DNA of 48,747 bases from a bacterium (GCA_030018905.1 JASEHJ010000002.1:1-48747), one strand, 5' to 3'. Shown: positions 8,505 through 19,201, counted from the first letter of the stretch. Numbers and translations: made by a program. Notes: a model not told the origin generated them from the sequence alone.

Positions 8505-10691
8505 ATGTCGCGCATCATCGCCACCGCCGCGATCAAGGGGGCGCACCGGTACGTCGCCGAGGCCGAGGCCAAGCTCGTGGAGGCCATCGAGTCCAAGGGC
8601 GCCGGCCATCGCCTGGAGTTTCCCAACACCGCCTTCAACCTTCCCTTGATCCTGGCCCTGACCGGGATCAAGGTGAAGACGTTCGAGGACGCATGGGAAC
8701 CGCTGCGCATCGCTCGGAACATGCTTCCTCCGGTTCCCACCGACAACATGTGGCTTCCCTACCTGGGAGGCGCGCTTGACGCGGGGATTGCGACGCTGAT
8801 GTCCCAGGAGATAATTGAGGCCCTTCGCTACGCGAACGGGACGCAGCCCAACGGGGTCTTCCTGGGGTTCACCGACGACGCGATCCTGCGCACGCAGGGC
8901 ATCAAGCTTGTGGACGGCCGCATGCCCGGGTTCGCCGCCTGCGTGGGCGCCATGCCGACCACCGAGGCCGCGGTCAAGCTGGCCCGCGAGTTGCAGGAGC
9001 GCAACATCCTTGTCTTCCTGGCCAGCAACACCAACGGGCACAGCATGGCAGAGCAGTTGGCCGAGGCCGGGGTGGAGATGTCCTGGGACACCTACCTGGT
9101 GCCCTACGGCAGGGAAACCAGCGCCGCTATCTACGCGCTGAACTTCGCGGCCCGGGCGGCGATGACGTTCGGGGGCCTGGCTCCCGGTGACTTCAACCGG
9201 GGCCGTCAGATCCTGCTCTACAACAAGGAGCGGGTGTTTGCCTTTGTGCTAGCCCTGGGCGAGGTTGACGATGAGAAGTACGCTACCGCAGCGGGCGCCA
9301 TCAACTTCGGCTTCCCCGTCATAGCCGACACCGACATCCCCCAGATACTTCCCACCGGCATCTGCACCTATGAGCACGTGGTGAGCAACATCCCGCACGA
9401 CCGCATGGTGGCCAAGGCGGTGGAGGTGCGGGGGCTGAAGCTGAAGATCACTAAGATTCCGATCCCGGTCTCCTACAGCGCGGCGTTCGAGGGCGAACGC
9501 GTGCGCAAGGAGCAGCTCCACGTGGAGTTCGGCCGCCAGCTCTCGCCGGCGTTCGAGTTCCTGCGCGGGCGGGAGCTGCACGAGGTCGAGGACGGGCGAA
9601 TCGAGGTGATCGGACCCGACCTGGACACGGTCGAGCTCGGCGGGAGCATGCCGCTTGGCATCCTGATTGACGTCGCCGGCCGCAAGCTCCAGAAGGACTT
9701 CGAGCCGATTCTGGAGCGGCAGATTCACCGGCTCATCAACGGCGCGATGGGCGTGATGCACATCGGCCAGCGCGACATGCCCTGGATCCGTGTCAGCAAG
9801 GATGCGGTGGCCGCCGGGTTCCGGCTCCGGCACTTCGGTGAGATCCTCCACGCCAAGTACCTGGAGGAGTTCCCAGCGCTGGTGGACAAGGTCGCGGTCA
9901 CCATCTACTCGGAGGCCGAGCAGGTCACCCAGATCATCGAGGGGGCCCGCAAGGTCTGGGACGAGCGCGATGCGCGCGTTGCCGGCATGACCGACGAGAC
10001 GGTGGACGTCTTCTACTCCTGCACCCTGTGCCAGTCCTACGCGCCCAATCACGTCTGCGTCATCTCGCCCGAGCGGCTGGGGCTGTGCGGGGCCTACAAC
10101 TGGCTCGACGGGAAGGCCAGCTACGAGATCAACTCCGCCGGCCCCAACCAGCCGATAGAGAAGGGCGCCTGCCTGGACGCCAGCCGTGGGATATTCGAGG
10201 GCATCAACGCCTTTGTCTACAACAAGACCAACAAGACCGTTGACCAGGTAAGCCTCTATTCGATGATCCACTCGCCGATGACGTCGTGCGGGTGTTTTGA
10301 GTGCATCATGGGCATGGTGCCTGAGGCGAACGGGGTAATGATCGTCAACCGGGAGTTCAGCGGGATGACACCTCTGGGCATGACCTTCAGCACGCTGGCT
10401 GGGATGGTCGGCGGAGGCGTCCAGACCCCCGGTTTCCTGGGGGTGGGGCGCCTGTATCTCGCCAGCCGCAAGTTCATCCCTGCCGACGGCGGGTTGCAGC
10501 GCCTGGTGTGGATGCCCAAGGAGATGAAGGACGCCCTTCGCGAGAAGCTCGAGGTTCGGGCCAAGGAGATCGGCGAGGAGGGTTTCGTGGACAAGATCGC
10601 CGATGAGACCATGGCGACAACTGCCGAGGAGCTCGTGGCACATCTGGAGCGAGTGGGCCACCCGGCACTCCGGATGCCGGCGTTGCTCTAG
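8505..10691 (+). CDS. acsB: Acetyl-CoA synthase (AcsB)
   Basis: EFPNTAFNLP N-terminal domain; FYSCTLCQSYAPNHVC, RLGLCGAYNWLD, PMTSCGCFE A-cluster motifs; GHPAL end. Confidence 0.97.
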   Translation: MSRIIATAAIKGAHRYVAEAEAKLVEAIESKGAGHRLEFPNTAFNLPLILALTGIKVKTFEDAWEPLRIARNMLPPVPTDNMWLPYLGGALDAGIATLMSQEIIEALRYANGTQPNGVFLGFTDDAILRTQGIKLVDGRMPGFAACVGAMPTTEAAVKLARELQERNILVFLASNTNGHSMAEQLAEAGVEMSWDTYLVPYGRETSAAIYALNFAARAAMTFGGLAPGDFNRGRQILLYNKERVFAFVLALGEVDDEKYATAAGAINFGFPVIADTDIPQILPTGICTYEHVVSNIPHDRMVAKAVEVRGLKLKITKIPIPVSYSAAFEGERVRKEQLHVEFGRQLSPAFEFLRGRELHEVEDGRIEVIGPDLDTVELGGSMPLGILIDVAGRKLQKDFEPILERQIHRLINGAMGVMHIGQRDMPWIRVSKDAVAAGFRLRHFGEILHAKYLEEFPALVDKVAVTIYSEAEQVTQIIEGARKVWDERDARVAGMTDETVDVFYSCTLCQSYAPNHVCVISPERLGLCGAYNWLDGKASYEINSAGPNQPIEKGACLDASRGIFEGINAFVYNKTNKTVDQVSLYSMIHSPMTSCGCFECIMGMVPEANGVMIVNREFSGMTPLGMTFSTLAGMVGGGVQTPGFLGVGRLYLASRKFIPADGGLQRLVWMPKEMKDALREKLEVRAKEIGEEGFVDKIADETMATTAEELVAHLERVGHPALRMPALL

Positions 10692-10705
10692 GGGGATGAG
10701 AGATC

Positions 10706-12064
10706 ATGCCGCTCACAGCGCTTGACATCTACAAGATCTTGCCCAAGACGAACTGCGGGGAGTGCGCATTTCCCACCTGCCTGGCGTTCGCCATGCAGCT
10801 TGCCACCAAGAAGGTGGCCATTGACGCCTGCCCGTACGCCAGCGATGACGCCAAGGCCACACTGGCAGGCGCGGCGGCGCCGCCCATCCGGCTGGTCAGT
10901 GTTGGGCCCACGGAGCAGTGCATCGTCATGGGGAAGGAGACGGTGCTGTTCCGGCACGAGGAGACGTTCTACCATCCGACGGCCATTGCCGTGCGGGTCC
11001 GGACCGGCGGTTCTCCTGAGGAGTTGCGTGCGGCCTTCGAGCGGGTCAAGGCGCTCCAGTTCGACCGTGTCGGTCAGGAGGTGCGCGTCGAGCTGGTGGC
11101 GCTCGAGGACGCCACCGGGGAGCCTGATCGGTTCGCGTCCGCGGCGGTGTTGGCGGCAGAGATGGGCCTCGCGCTGGTCCTTGTGAGTTCCTCGCCCGAC
11201 GCCTTGAGCGCGGCGGCATCGGCCGTCAAGCAGCACCGCCCGCTGCTCTACGCCGCGACCGCTGATAACTGGGAGGCGATGGCGCAGCTCGCCAAGAGCT
11301 GCGGCTGCCCGCTCGCGGTGCGGGGGAAGAACCTCGACGAATTGGCCGACCTGACGGTGCGCATAGCCGCCTCAGGCGTCACCGACCTGGTCGTTGACAG
11401 CGGTGCGAGGACGCCCGCCGCAACGCTGCAGGACCTGACGCAGATCCGGCGCCTGGCGCTGCGCAAGACCTTTCGGCCGCTGGGGTATCCGGCGATGGCG
11501 TTCGCCACGGCCGGCGATCCGCTGGATCAAGCGGTGCAGGCGGCCGCGTACATCTGCAAGTACGCGGCCCTCGTGGTGACCGACGAGCTGGAGCCCTGGC
11601 AGGCGCTGGCGCTGGTTACCGCCCGCCAGAACGTCTACACCGACCCGCAGAAGCCGATCCAGGTGGAGTCCGGGATCCATACCATTGGGGCGCCCGACGA
11701 ATCCTCGCCGGTGCTGGTGACCACCAACTTCTCGCTGACCTACTTCACCGTGGAAGCCGATACCGAGGCCAGCCGGACCCCGGCCTGGGTGGTCGTGGTC
11801 AACACCGAAGGCATGTCCGTGATGACCGCCTGGGCCGCGGACAAGTTCAACGCGGAGACCATCGCCAAGGCGATCGGGGAGTCGCAGATCGCCGAGCGCA
11901 TCGGCCACCGCCGCATGGTGATTCCCGGCGGGATCGCCGCCCTCAGTGGCAAACTGGAGGATCTCTGCGGCTGGCAGGTCATGGTGGGGCCGCGTGAGTC
12001 CGCGGGCATTCCGGCCTTCATGCGCACGCAGTGGAAGCAGGCGAGCGCCGCAGCCAGCAGTTGA
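10706..12064 (+). CDS. acsC: Corrinoid iron-sulfur protein large (gamma) subunit
   Basis: LPKTNCGECAFPTCLAFA...CPY; LFRHEETF; VYTDPQKP; VTTNFSLTYF; SVMTAWAA; VGPRES. Confidence 0.96.
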   Translation: MPLTALDIYKILPKTNCGECAFPTCLAFAMQLATKKVAIDACPYASDDAKATLAGAAAPPIRLVSVGPTEQCIVMGKETVLFRHEETFYHPTAIAVRVRTGGSPEELRAAFERVKALQFDRVGQEVRVELVALEDATGEPDRFASAAVLAAEMGLALVLVSSSPDALSAAASAVKQHRPLLYAATADNWEAMAQLAKSCGCPLAVRGKNLDELADLTVRIAASGVTDLVVDSGARTPAATLQDLTQIRRLALRKTFRPLGYPAMAFATAGDPLDQAVQAAAYICKYAALVVTDELEPWQALALVTARQNVYTDPQKPIQVESGIHTIGAPDESSPVLVTTNFSLTYFTVEADTEASRTPAWVVVVNTEGMSVMTAWAADKFNAETIAKAIGESQIAERIGHRRMVIPGGIAALSGKLEDLCGWQVMVGPRESAGIPAFMRTQWKQASAAASS

Positions 12065-12089
12065 GGAACTGTGAGGAAGTGGTGGAGTA

Positions 12090-13979
12090 GTGCCCGGACC
12101 GACCGTCAAGTTCCAACCGGATGCGCGGACCGTCGCGGCCGAGGCGGGGCAGACCCTCCTGGACGCGGCCTTCGCGGCTGGGATCCCGCTGAACAGCGTC
12201 TGCGGCGGGCGCGGCATCTGCGGGAGGTGCCTGGTTCGGATCGTTGCCGGCGAGGCAGAGGTGGACGAGGGTGGCAGGGTCCCGGGCGGGCAGGAGATCC
12301 TGGCCTGTCTGAGCCGCGTGACCGGCGATGTCACCGTGGACGTCTCGGAGCTCTCCCGGATCGAAGGCGAGCAGATCCTGACCGGAGCGGAGCGAAACGG
12401 TCCGTTCATGCCCATTCCCGCAGTCCCGGTCCCTTCGGATCCTCTCGTGTTTGCCCTTCCCCTGCAGTTGCCGCAGCCGACCATTCATGACTGCCTGAGT
12501 GATCTCAACCGCCTGACCCGTGAGCTGCGCCGGGTGGGCGGCATCCAGGATCTCGTGGTTCCCCTGGACGTTCTCCGCACTGCGCCCCAGGTGCTGCGCG
12601 ACGCCAACTGGGAGATCACCGCGGTGCTCGCGCGCACAAACGGCGCGCATGAGCTCGTCGCGCTCCGGCCCGGTGCGGCTGCGTCCGGGTTGTACGGCGT
12701 AGCGGTGGACGTGGGCACGACAACGATCGTGGTGCATCTGGTGGATCTGGCGAGCGGGGCCACGCTGGGTGCGGCGGCCGGGCTCAACCGGCAGGCGGCC
12801 TACGGAGACGACGTGATCTCACGCATCATCCACGCCGGCGAGCCCGGGGGACTTGAAGGGCTGCGGAACGCGGCGCTGGGCGTCACCAACGTCCTGATCG
12901 GCGGGCTCGCACAGGCGCACGGCGTGGCCCGGGACGATATCGTCGGCGCGGTACTGGCGGGCAACACCACCATGCTTCACCTTTTCCTGGGGCTGCCTCC
13001 GGCGGAGATACGCCGGGAGCCCTACATTCCGGTGATCTCCATGCCTCCGGCCTACCGCGCCGGAGAGGTGGGGCTGCGCGTGAACCACCACGCAACGGTG
13101 GCCTGGATGCCCGGGGTCAGCAGTTATGTCGGCGGGGACATCACCGCGGACGTGCTGGCCGCGGGGATGGACGGCACCGAAGAGCTCTCCATGCTCATTG
13201 ACGTGGGTACCAACGGCGAGACGGTGATCGGGAACCGCGACTTCCTGGTGTGCTGCGCGTGCTCGGCCGGACCGGCGTTCGAGGGAGGCGGCATCACCTC
13301 GGGGATGCGCGCGGCCCTGGGAGCGGTGCAGCGTGTCAAGCTCGCTCCTGACGGGGGGCTTTCCTGGTCCACGATTGGAGGCGGCAGGCCGCGGGGCATC
13401 TGCGGTTCGGGCATGGTTGACCTGCTGGCAGAACTGCTGCTGGCCGGATACCTGGACCGCGCGGGCCGGCTGCGGCCCGACGCGCCAGTTGTCCGCGAGG
13501 GTCCGGATGGCCTCGAGGCGGTGGTCGTGCCGGCCGGAGAAAGCGCCACGGGACGCGACATCGTCCTAACCTCGGCGGACATCGAGAACCTCTTGAGGAC
13601 GAAGGCGGCGGTCTACGCAGGCGGCGCCCTTCTTACCCGGCGGCTGGGCATTGACATCCGCGACATCCAGCGCATCTACGTTGCCGGCGGATTCGGGACC
13701 TACCTGGACATCCAGAAGGCCATCCTGATAGGTCTTCTCCCTGACGTGCCGGTGGAGCGGGTAACCTTCATCGGGAACGGATCCGTGACGGGCGCCAAGA
13801 TGGCCCTGCTCTCCCATGAGACATGGCGCCGGGCCGCCGAGGTGGCGCAGAAGATGACCTATCGGGAGCTCAGCACCGACATGGGCTTCATGGAGGAGTA
13901 CGTTTCCGCTACGTTCCTCCCACACACCGACTGCGCCCGGTTCCCCCGCGCGTGCGCGCAACTGGGCAGGCAGGACTGA
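12090..13979 (+). CDS. acsV: ASKHA-type reductive activator of corrinoid proteins (RACo/AcsV)
   Basis: N-terminal [2Fe-2S] CGGRGICGRC...LAC; DVGTTT; YGDDVISRI; YVGGDI; DVGTNGE; ACSAGPAFEG; GICGSG. Confidence 0.92.
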   Translation: MPGPTVKFQPDARTVAAEAGQTLLDAAFAAGIPLNSVCGGRGICGRCLVRIVAGEAEVDEGGRVPGGQEILACLSRVTGDVTVDVSELSRIEGEQILTGAERNGPFMPIPAVPVPSDPLVFALPLQLPQPTIHDCLSDLNRLTRELRRVGGIQDLVVPLDVLRTAPQVLRDANWEITAVLARTNGAHELVALRPGAAASGLYGVAVDVGTTTIVVHLVDLASGATLGAAAGLNRQAAYGDDVISRIIHAGEPGGLEGLRNAALGVTNVLIGGLAQAHGVARDDIVGAVLAGNTTMLHLFLGLPPAEIRREPYIPVISMPPAYRAGEVGLRVNHHATVAWMPGVSSYVGGDITADVLAAGMDGTEELSMLIDVGTNGETVIGNRDFLVCCACSAGPAFEGGGITSGMRAALGAVQRVKLAPDGGLSWSTIGGGRPRGICGSGMVDLLAELLLAGYLDRAGRLRPDAPVVREGPDGLEAVVVPAGESATGRDIVLTSADIENLLRTKAAVYAGGALLTRRLGIDIRDIQRIYVAGGFGTYLDIQKAILIGLLPDVPVERVTFIGNGSVTGAKMALLSHETWRRAAEVAQKMTYRELSTDMGFMEEYVSATFLPHTDCARFPRACAQLGRQD

Positions 13980-13992
13980 GGAGGGCCTGAAG

Positions 13993-14760
13993 ATGCCGTT
14001 TGTGGTGGCGGTGGCAGGCAAGGGTGGAACGGGCAAGACCACAACGGCCGGGCTTGTCGTTCGATCCCTGCGCCGCATGGGGAAAACCCCGATTCTGGCG
14101 GTGGATGCGGATCCGAACACGAACCTGGACGCAGCGTTGGGGCTGCGGCCGGATCGGGCGATCTCCGACGTCCTGCACGCGACGCGGGGAATGCGCGACG
14201 TGCCCGTCAACCTCCCGCGGACGACATACCTGGAATACCACCTCGAGGACTGCCTGGCCGAGGGTCAGGGTGTTGACCTGATCGTAATGGGAAGGCCGGA
14301 GGGAGCGGGCTGCTACTGCGCGGCCAACCACCTGCTGCGGGATCATCTGGACCGCTTGATGGGCAGTTACCCCTTCGTGGTGATGGACAACGAAGCAGGG
14401 ATGGAGCACCTCAGCCGGCGGACCACGCGCGACGTCGGGTTGCTGCTGATCGTGAGCGACCCCAGCATGGCTGGCATCAAGGCGGCGCGGCGCATTCAGG
14501 ACCTCGTGCGAGAACTCGGCCTTTCGGTCAGGGAGATCGCGCTGGTGGTCAATCGGGTGTCCGCGGTGCCCGCGGCCGTGGAGCGCGTCTTCGGCGAGGG
14601 CGGGATCCGCGTGGCCGGGGTGGTGCCCGAGGATCCGCTGGTGGCCGCCTACGAACTAGAAGGACGGCCCCTGCTGGACTTGCCCGACGACTCCCCGGCG
14701 GCGTGCGCGGTGATGGAGATCCTGACGGCGGTGGGTCCGCTGGCGGCGGTGCGAGGATGA
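13993..14760 (+). CDS. acsF: Second CooC-family Ni-insertion ATPase (CooC2/AcsF)
   Basis: VAGKGGTGKTT, VDADPN, MGRPEGAGCYC, DNEAGMEHLSRRTT. Confidence 0.88.
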   Translation: MPFVVAVAGKGGTGKTTTAGLVVRSLRRMGKTPILAVDADPNTNLDAALGLRPDRAISDVLHATRGMRDVPVNLPRTTYLEYHLEDCLAEGQGVDLIVMGRPEGAGCYCAANHLLRDHLDRLMGSYPFVVMDNEAGMEHLSRRTTRDVGLLLIVSDPSMAGIKAARRIQDLVRELGLSVREIALVVNRVSAVPAAVERVFGEGGIRVAGVVPEDPLVAAYELEGRPLLDLPDDSPAACAVMEILTAVGPLAAVRG

Positions 14761-15374
14761 GCGTCTATCAGGGGACCTACGACGGGCTGCGCGTCAAGAT
14801 CGGCGCGCACGCCCTCAACCTGCTCGTCGCCCGCAGCGGGGCAACGCTGCTCGGCTCGGACCGGATCGGGCTGCGCTGCGTCGGGCGCGACTACACGGTC
14901 GCGCACCCAGAGGGGGTTGTACTGGACGCCGATGGCCAGCCCGCCGACGTAAACGTGGCCATCCTCCTGCTGCTCTACCTGCTGGAGTCTACCGGCAGCC
15001 CCCGCGAGGGCCGGTGGATCTCGTTCGAGCAGCTTCCCGGCGGTCCGGGATACCTGGCCTCGTTTCGCGGCCGGGTCGTGGCGCCGATCCTGAAGGCCTT
15101 TGGTCCGGAGCCGGCGCTACTGCTGGAGGCAAGCAGGGACCTGGACGGCGAGCCGCTCGACCAGGGCGACGTATCGGTGTGCATACCGGCGCTCCCGCGG
15201 GTTCCGGTGGCCTACCTGATGTGGAAAGGCGATGAGGAGTTTGCGCCCAGCGTTTCGGTGGTGTTCGACGCCTCGGTCCAGGGATACCTGGATGCCGAGG
15301 TGGTCACCGCGCTGGCAGAGCTGACGACCCGGCGGCTGGTGGCTGCAGCCAAGAGCATACGCAAGGAGGGGTGA
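14757..15374 (+). CDS. DUF3786-like protein of acs clusters
   Basis: ATGA overlap with the upstream stop; ILLLLYL, WISFEQLPGG, ALPRVP...WKGDEEF...VVFD resemble DUF3786. Confidence 0.75.
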   Translation: MSVYQGTYDGLRVKIGAHALNLLVARSGATLLGSDRIGLRCVGRDYTVAHPEGVVLDADGQPADVNVAILLLLYLLESTGSPREGRWISFEQLPGGPGYLASFRGRVVAPILKAFGPEPALLLEASRDLDGEPLDQGDVSVCIPALPRVPVAYLMWKGDEEFAPSVSVVFDASVQGYLDAEVVTALAELTTRRLVAAAKSIRKEG

Positions 15375-15378
15375 TCAA

Positions 15379-16356
15379 GTGACCGTTGAGCTGGTGCGAG
15401 AGACCTGGCCGGGCAAGATATTCGCCGTCACAATCGGCGCCACGGCTTCGGAGGGCGGAACGCGCGCCCGTACCGTGACCGTGGGCGGGCACGCCGCGCT
15501 GCCGTTCCTTCCGGGGGATGCTCTCAGCCCCAACCGCCCCGTGGTGGCGATGGAGGTCATGGACGCGTTGCCCCAGGACTGGCCCGAGGCCCTCAAGGCG
15601 CAACTGGGTGACGTCTGTAGCTCGCCCGCGGATTGGGCGCGCAAGTGCGTCGAGGCCTACGGGGCGGAACTGATCTGCCTGCGCCTCAACAGCCCCCATC
15701 CCGACTGGATGGACGCCTCGCCGGACGCGGCGGTCGCCACCGTGCGGTCGGTACTGGAAGCTGTACCCGTGCCGCTGATCATCCTGGGCTGCGGCCACGC
15801 CGACAAGGACAACGAGGTCTGGCCGCGCGTCACGGAGGCAACCAAGGGCGAGCGTTGCCTGATCGGTGTGGCCACTCCTGAGAACTACAAGACGCTGGTG
15901 GTCTCCTGCCTGGCAGACGGGCACTCGGTCTTGGCCGAATCGCCCATTGACGTCAACATCCAGAAGCAGCTTAACATCCTCATCACCGAGATGGGGATCT
16001 CCCCAGGCCGTATCGTGCTTCATCCGGGGAACGCGTCGCTGGGCTACGGTCTTGAGTACGAGTACTCGATCATGGAGCGGATCCGCATAGCCGGTCTGCA
16101 GGGCGACAAGATGCTGGCGCAACCGATGCTCACCCTCTCGGCCGAGGAATCCTGGAAGGCCAAGGAGGCCAAGCTGCCGGAGGCCGCGCAGCCGGCATGG
16201 GGTTCGGAGTCACGGCGCGGCCCGGCCTGGGAGGCGATCACCGCAACCTCTTTCCTGCATGCCGGGGCCGACATCCTTGTTCTGATGCATCCTGAGGCGG
16301 CGGCTGCCGCCAGGCGGGCGATCGCCGACCTGAGCGCGGCCGCGGCGACCGCATAG
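15379..16356 (+). CDS. acsD: Corrinoid iron-sulfur protein small (delta) subunit
   Basis: VTIGAT..GGTR..TVTVGG; ESPIDVNIQKQLN; LGYGLEYEYSIMERIR; WEAITA; AAGGAGG RBS. Confidence 0.94.
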   Translation: MTVELVRETWPGKIFAVTIGATASEGGTRARTVTVGGHAALPFLPGDALSPNRPVVAMEVMDALPQDWPEALKAQLGDVCSSPADWARKCVEAYGAELICLRLNSPHPDWMDASPDAAVATVRSVLEAVPVPLIILGCGHADKDNEVWPRVTEATKGERCLIGVATPENYKTLVVSCLADGHSVLAESPIDVNIQKQLNILITEMGISPGRIVLHPGNASLGYGLEYEYSIMERIRIAGLQGDKMLAQPMLTLSAEESWKAKEAKLPEAAQPAWGSESRRGPAWEAITATSFLHAGADILVLMHPEAAAAARRAIADLSAAAATA

Positions 16357-16366
16357 GAGGAAGCAG

Positions 16367-17152
16367 ATGTTCATCATAGGTGAGCGGATCAACGGCATGT
16401 TCCGGTCGGTAGCCCGCGCGATACGGGACCGTGATGCGGCCGCGATAGTGGATCTGGCCAGGAGACAGGTAAGCGCCGGGGCCAGCGCCCTGGACCTCAA
16501 CACCGGTCCTACCGGGGATGACCCGGCCGAGGTGATGACCTGGCTGGTGCAGACCGTCCAGGATGCGGTGGACGTGCCGCTTTCCCTGGATAGCCCCAAG
16601 CCGGCCGTGATCGCAGCGGGGCTGCGGGCCTGCCGGGGTTACGCCGTGATCAACTCCACGACGGGCGCCGCGGAGAAGCTCGACGCACTGCTTCCGCTGG
16701 CGGTGGAGTTCAACGCCGGGCTGATTGGGCTGACCATAGACGAGCGCGGCATTCCGCGCAACGCCGAGGCACGGGCCGAGATCGCACTGACGATCGTGGC
16801 CCGTGCCATGGAGGCCGGCCTGCCGACCGACCGGCTGTACCTTGATCCCATCGTGCTGCCGGTCAGCGCCGCGCAGGCGCAGGGCCCCGAGGCCCTGGGG
16901 GCAATCCCGACGTTCCGAGCCCTGTGCGAGCCCTCGCCGCACATCATGGTGGGGTTGAGCAACGTTTCCCAGGGTGCACCCAACCGCGGGCTGATCAACC
17001 GCACCTTCCTGGCGATGGCCATGGCCATGGGTCTGGACGGGGCCATCCTGGACCCGCTGGACCAGGAGCTGATGGACGCCTTGCGGACGGCCAGTGTGCT
17101 TCTCAACAGGGAGATCTACTGCGACAATTATCTTCAAGTGAGGACGGCCTAG
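16367..17152 (+). CDS. acsE: Methyl-THF:corrinoid iron-sulfur protein methyltransferase
   Basis: MFIIGERINGMF; LDLNTG; LSLDS; INST; GLSNVSQ; LINRTFL; GLDGAILD. Confidence 0.94.
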   Translation: MFIIGERINGMFRSVARAIRDRDAAAIVDLARRQVSAGASALDLNTGPTGDDPAEVMTWLVQTVQDAVDVPLSLDSPKPAVIAAGLRACRGYAVINSTTGAAEKLDALLPLAVEFNAGLIGLTIDERGIPRNAEARAEIALTIVARAMEAGLPTDRLYLDPIVLPVSAAQAQGPEALGAIPTFRALCEPSPHIMVGLSNVSQGAPNRGLINRTFLAMAMAMGLDGAILDPLDQELMDALRTASVLLNREIYCDNYLQVRTA

Positions 17153-17161
17153 CGGTCGGGT

Positions 17162-18502
17162 GTGGAGATGAACATCGAGGAGTCGCTCGCCTACCTCAAC
17201 GGGCTGATCGCCGGCCGGCCTTCTCAACCGGCGCGGTATTTGCCCATCAAGATGGACCGCATGCGGCATCTCTGCAGTCTGCTCGGCAACCGCGAGGGGA
17301 GATTCCCGGCGGTGCTGGTTGCGGGGACGAAGGGCAAGGGCTCCACCGCGGCTATGATCGCCTCGATGGCACAGACCGCCGGCTACCGGGTGGGCCTCTA
17401 CACCAAGCCGCACCTTGTGGACTTCCGAGAGCGGATGAGAATCAACGAGGAGTTGATCTCGCCGGATGAATTGGCCCTCCTTGTGAGCGAGGCGCGCGAT
17501 GCGATCGCCCGGGGAGAGGGCGGGCCGGGTTGGCCCCCTACCTACTTCGAGGTTTCGGCCGCGCTCGCGTTCATGTACTTCGCGCGCCGTGGGGTGGATC
17601 TCGCCGTCGTAGAGGTCGGCATCGGCGGGCGCCTGGATGCCACCAACGTGGTGAACCCGATCGTTTCGGTCATTGCGACCGTTGGGTACGACCACACCGA
17701 CCTGCTGGGCAACAGCCTTCGCCGCATCGCAGAGGAAGACACCGGCATCATCCGGCCGGGCGGACGGGCAGTCACCGTACCGCAGCCGGCAGCGGCATCC
17801 GAGGTGATCGAGGCGGCAGCGGCATCCAGGGGCGCCACGCTGACCAGGGTAGGCCGTGAGATCCGCTACCGGACGCTGCGGTCCACCCTGGGAGGGATCC
17901 GCGTCACCGTGTGCGGGCAGCGGCGTTCCTACCGGGACCTGACGGTGCCCCTGCTGGGACGGCATCAGGCCCTCAACGCCGCCACAGCCATCGGGGCGGT
18001 TGAGGCTCTGGAAGCCGCGGGGTTTGCAGTGCCTGAGGCGGCGGTGCGGGCAGGTCTTGCCGGCCTGCGCTGGCCTGCCCGGATCGAGGTGGTTCGTGAC
18101 TGCTGTCCCACCTTGATCGTGGACGTGGCCCACAACGCCGTCTCGTTCCAGGCGCTGCGCAACGTGTTGGACGAGGTCTTCCCCGGGCGCCGCGTCGCGC
18201 TCGTGATCGGTGTGCTGGGCAACAAGGACCTGGCTGGCATCGCACGCATCATCGCCCCCCGGGCCTCGGTTGTGATCGCGACCAGGGCCGACGACGACCG
18301 GGCGCTGCCGCCGGCCGACGTGGCGATCGCGTTCTGTCCGGGGGTTGCCGACATCCGCATCGTTGAGGACCCGGTGGAAGCTCTCGAGTGCGCGCTTGAT
18401 GCCGTCTCCCCCGAGGACCTAGTCTGCGTGACAGGCTCGTTCCATGTGGCCGGCCCGGTGCTCGCCCACCTGGCTGCCGCCCCTGCGCTCCAGGCGAGAT
18501 AG
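17162..18502 (+). CDS. folC: Folylpolyglutamate synthase/dihydrofolate synthase
   Basis: VAGTKGKGST, YTKPHL, TYFE, VEVGIGGRLDATN, WPARIE, DVAHN, TGSF. Confidence 0.92.
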   Translation: MEMNIEESLAYLNGLIAGRPSQPARYLPIKMDRMRHLCSLLGNREGRFPAVLVAGTKGKGSTAAMIASMAQTAGYRVGLYTKPHLVDFRERMRINEELISPDELALLVSEARDAIARGEGGPGWPPTYFEVSAALAFMYFARRGVDLAVVEVGIGGRLDATNVVNPIVSVIATVGYDHTDLLGNSLRRIAEEDTGIIRPGGRAVTVPQPAAASEVIEAAAASRGATLTRVGREIRYRTLRSTLGGIRVTVCGQRRSYRDLTVPLLGRHQALNAATAIGAVEALEAAGFAVPEAAVRAGLAGLRWPARIEVVRDCCPTLIVDVAHNAVSFQALRNVLDEVFPGRRVALVIGVLGNKDLAGIARIIAPRASVVIATRADDDRALPPADVAIAFCPGVADIRIVEDPVEALECALDAVSPEDLVCVTGSFHVAGPVLAHLAAAPALQAR

Positions 18503-18511
18503 GAGGGCGCC

Positions 18512-19201
18512 ATGATCGTAGCCGAGCAGAAGCCCCTGGAGGCCGTCCTCAAGATGATGGCGCCGTACCAGAGGGTGCTGGTGGTCGGTTGTGCGAGCTG
18601 CGTGTCGGTCTGCCTCGCAGGTGGGGAGCGGGAAGTGAGCGTCCTCAGCTCGCTGGCCAGGCTGGCCCGCGGCACGCAGGGCGCGTCCATCGAGATAGCC
18701 GAGGCCACCGTGCATCGCCAGTGCGACCAGGAGTTTCTCCTGCCGCTGGCTTCCCAGGTGGAGGCGGCCGAGGCGGTCTTCTCGCTGGGGTGCGGGTGTG
18801 GGGTGCAGTTGATGGCGGAGACGTTCCCCCATCGCCGCGTGTTCCCGCTGCTGGACACCAAGTTCATGGGGATCACCCTCCAGCCCGGGGTGTGGGTCGA
18901 GCGGTGCCGCGGGTGCGGCGAGTGCATCCTCGACCGCACCGGCGGTATCTGCCCGATCGCGCGCTGCTCGAAGGGGTTGCTCAACGGGCCCTGCGGCGGA
19001 TACCGCGACGGGAAGTGCGAGGTGGACACCGCCGTGGACTGCGCGTGGCTGCTCATCTTCAACCGGCTTCAGACATTGGGGGAGTTGGAGTCCCTCCGCG
19101 CCATCATGGAACCAAAGGATTGGTCAGAAGCCGCGGTCGGCCGGCCGCGGCAGGTAGTGCGAGAAGACGTCAAAGTACCCATCGAGGAGGTAATCGCATG
19201 A
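18512..19201 (+). CDS. metV: Methylene-THF reductase Fe-S/Zn subunit MetV (copy 1)
   Basis: GCASCVSVC.AGGE; RQCD; CRGCGEC...TGGICPIARCSKGLLNGPCGG; CAW. Confidence 0.88.
   Translation: MIVAEQKPLEAVLKMMAPYQRVLVVGCASCVSVCLAGGEREVSVLSSLARLARGTQGASIEIAEATVHRQCDQEFLLPLASQVEAAEAVFSLGCGCGVQLMAETFPHRRVFPLLDTKFMGITLQPGVWVERCRGCGECILDRTGGICPIARCSKGLLNGPCGGYRDGKCEVDTAVDCAWLLIFNRLQTLGELESLRAIMEPKDWSEAAVGRPRQVVREDVKVPIEEVIA

Noticed and set aside
16238-18133. Long antisense ORF (631 aa); likewise 2517-4133, 9249-10661, 29883-31442 and 31821-33095
   Set aside because: Shadow ORFs expected in high-GC DNA opposite well-supported genes; no recognisable motifs.
18589-19197. Apparent 200-aa N-terminal extension of Fhs (772-aa ORF)
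   Set aside because: It overlaps metV in another frame and is low-complexity; ATG 19198 has a strong RBS.
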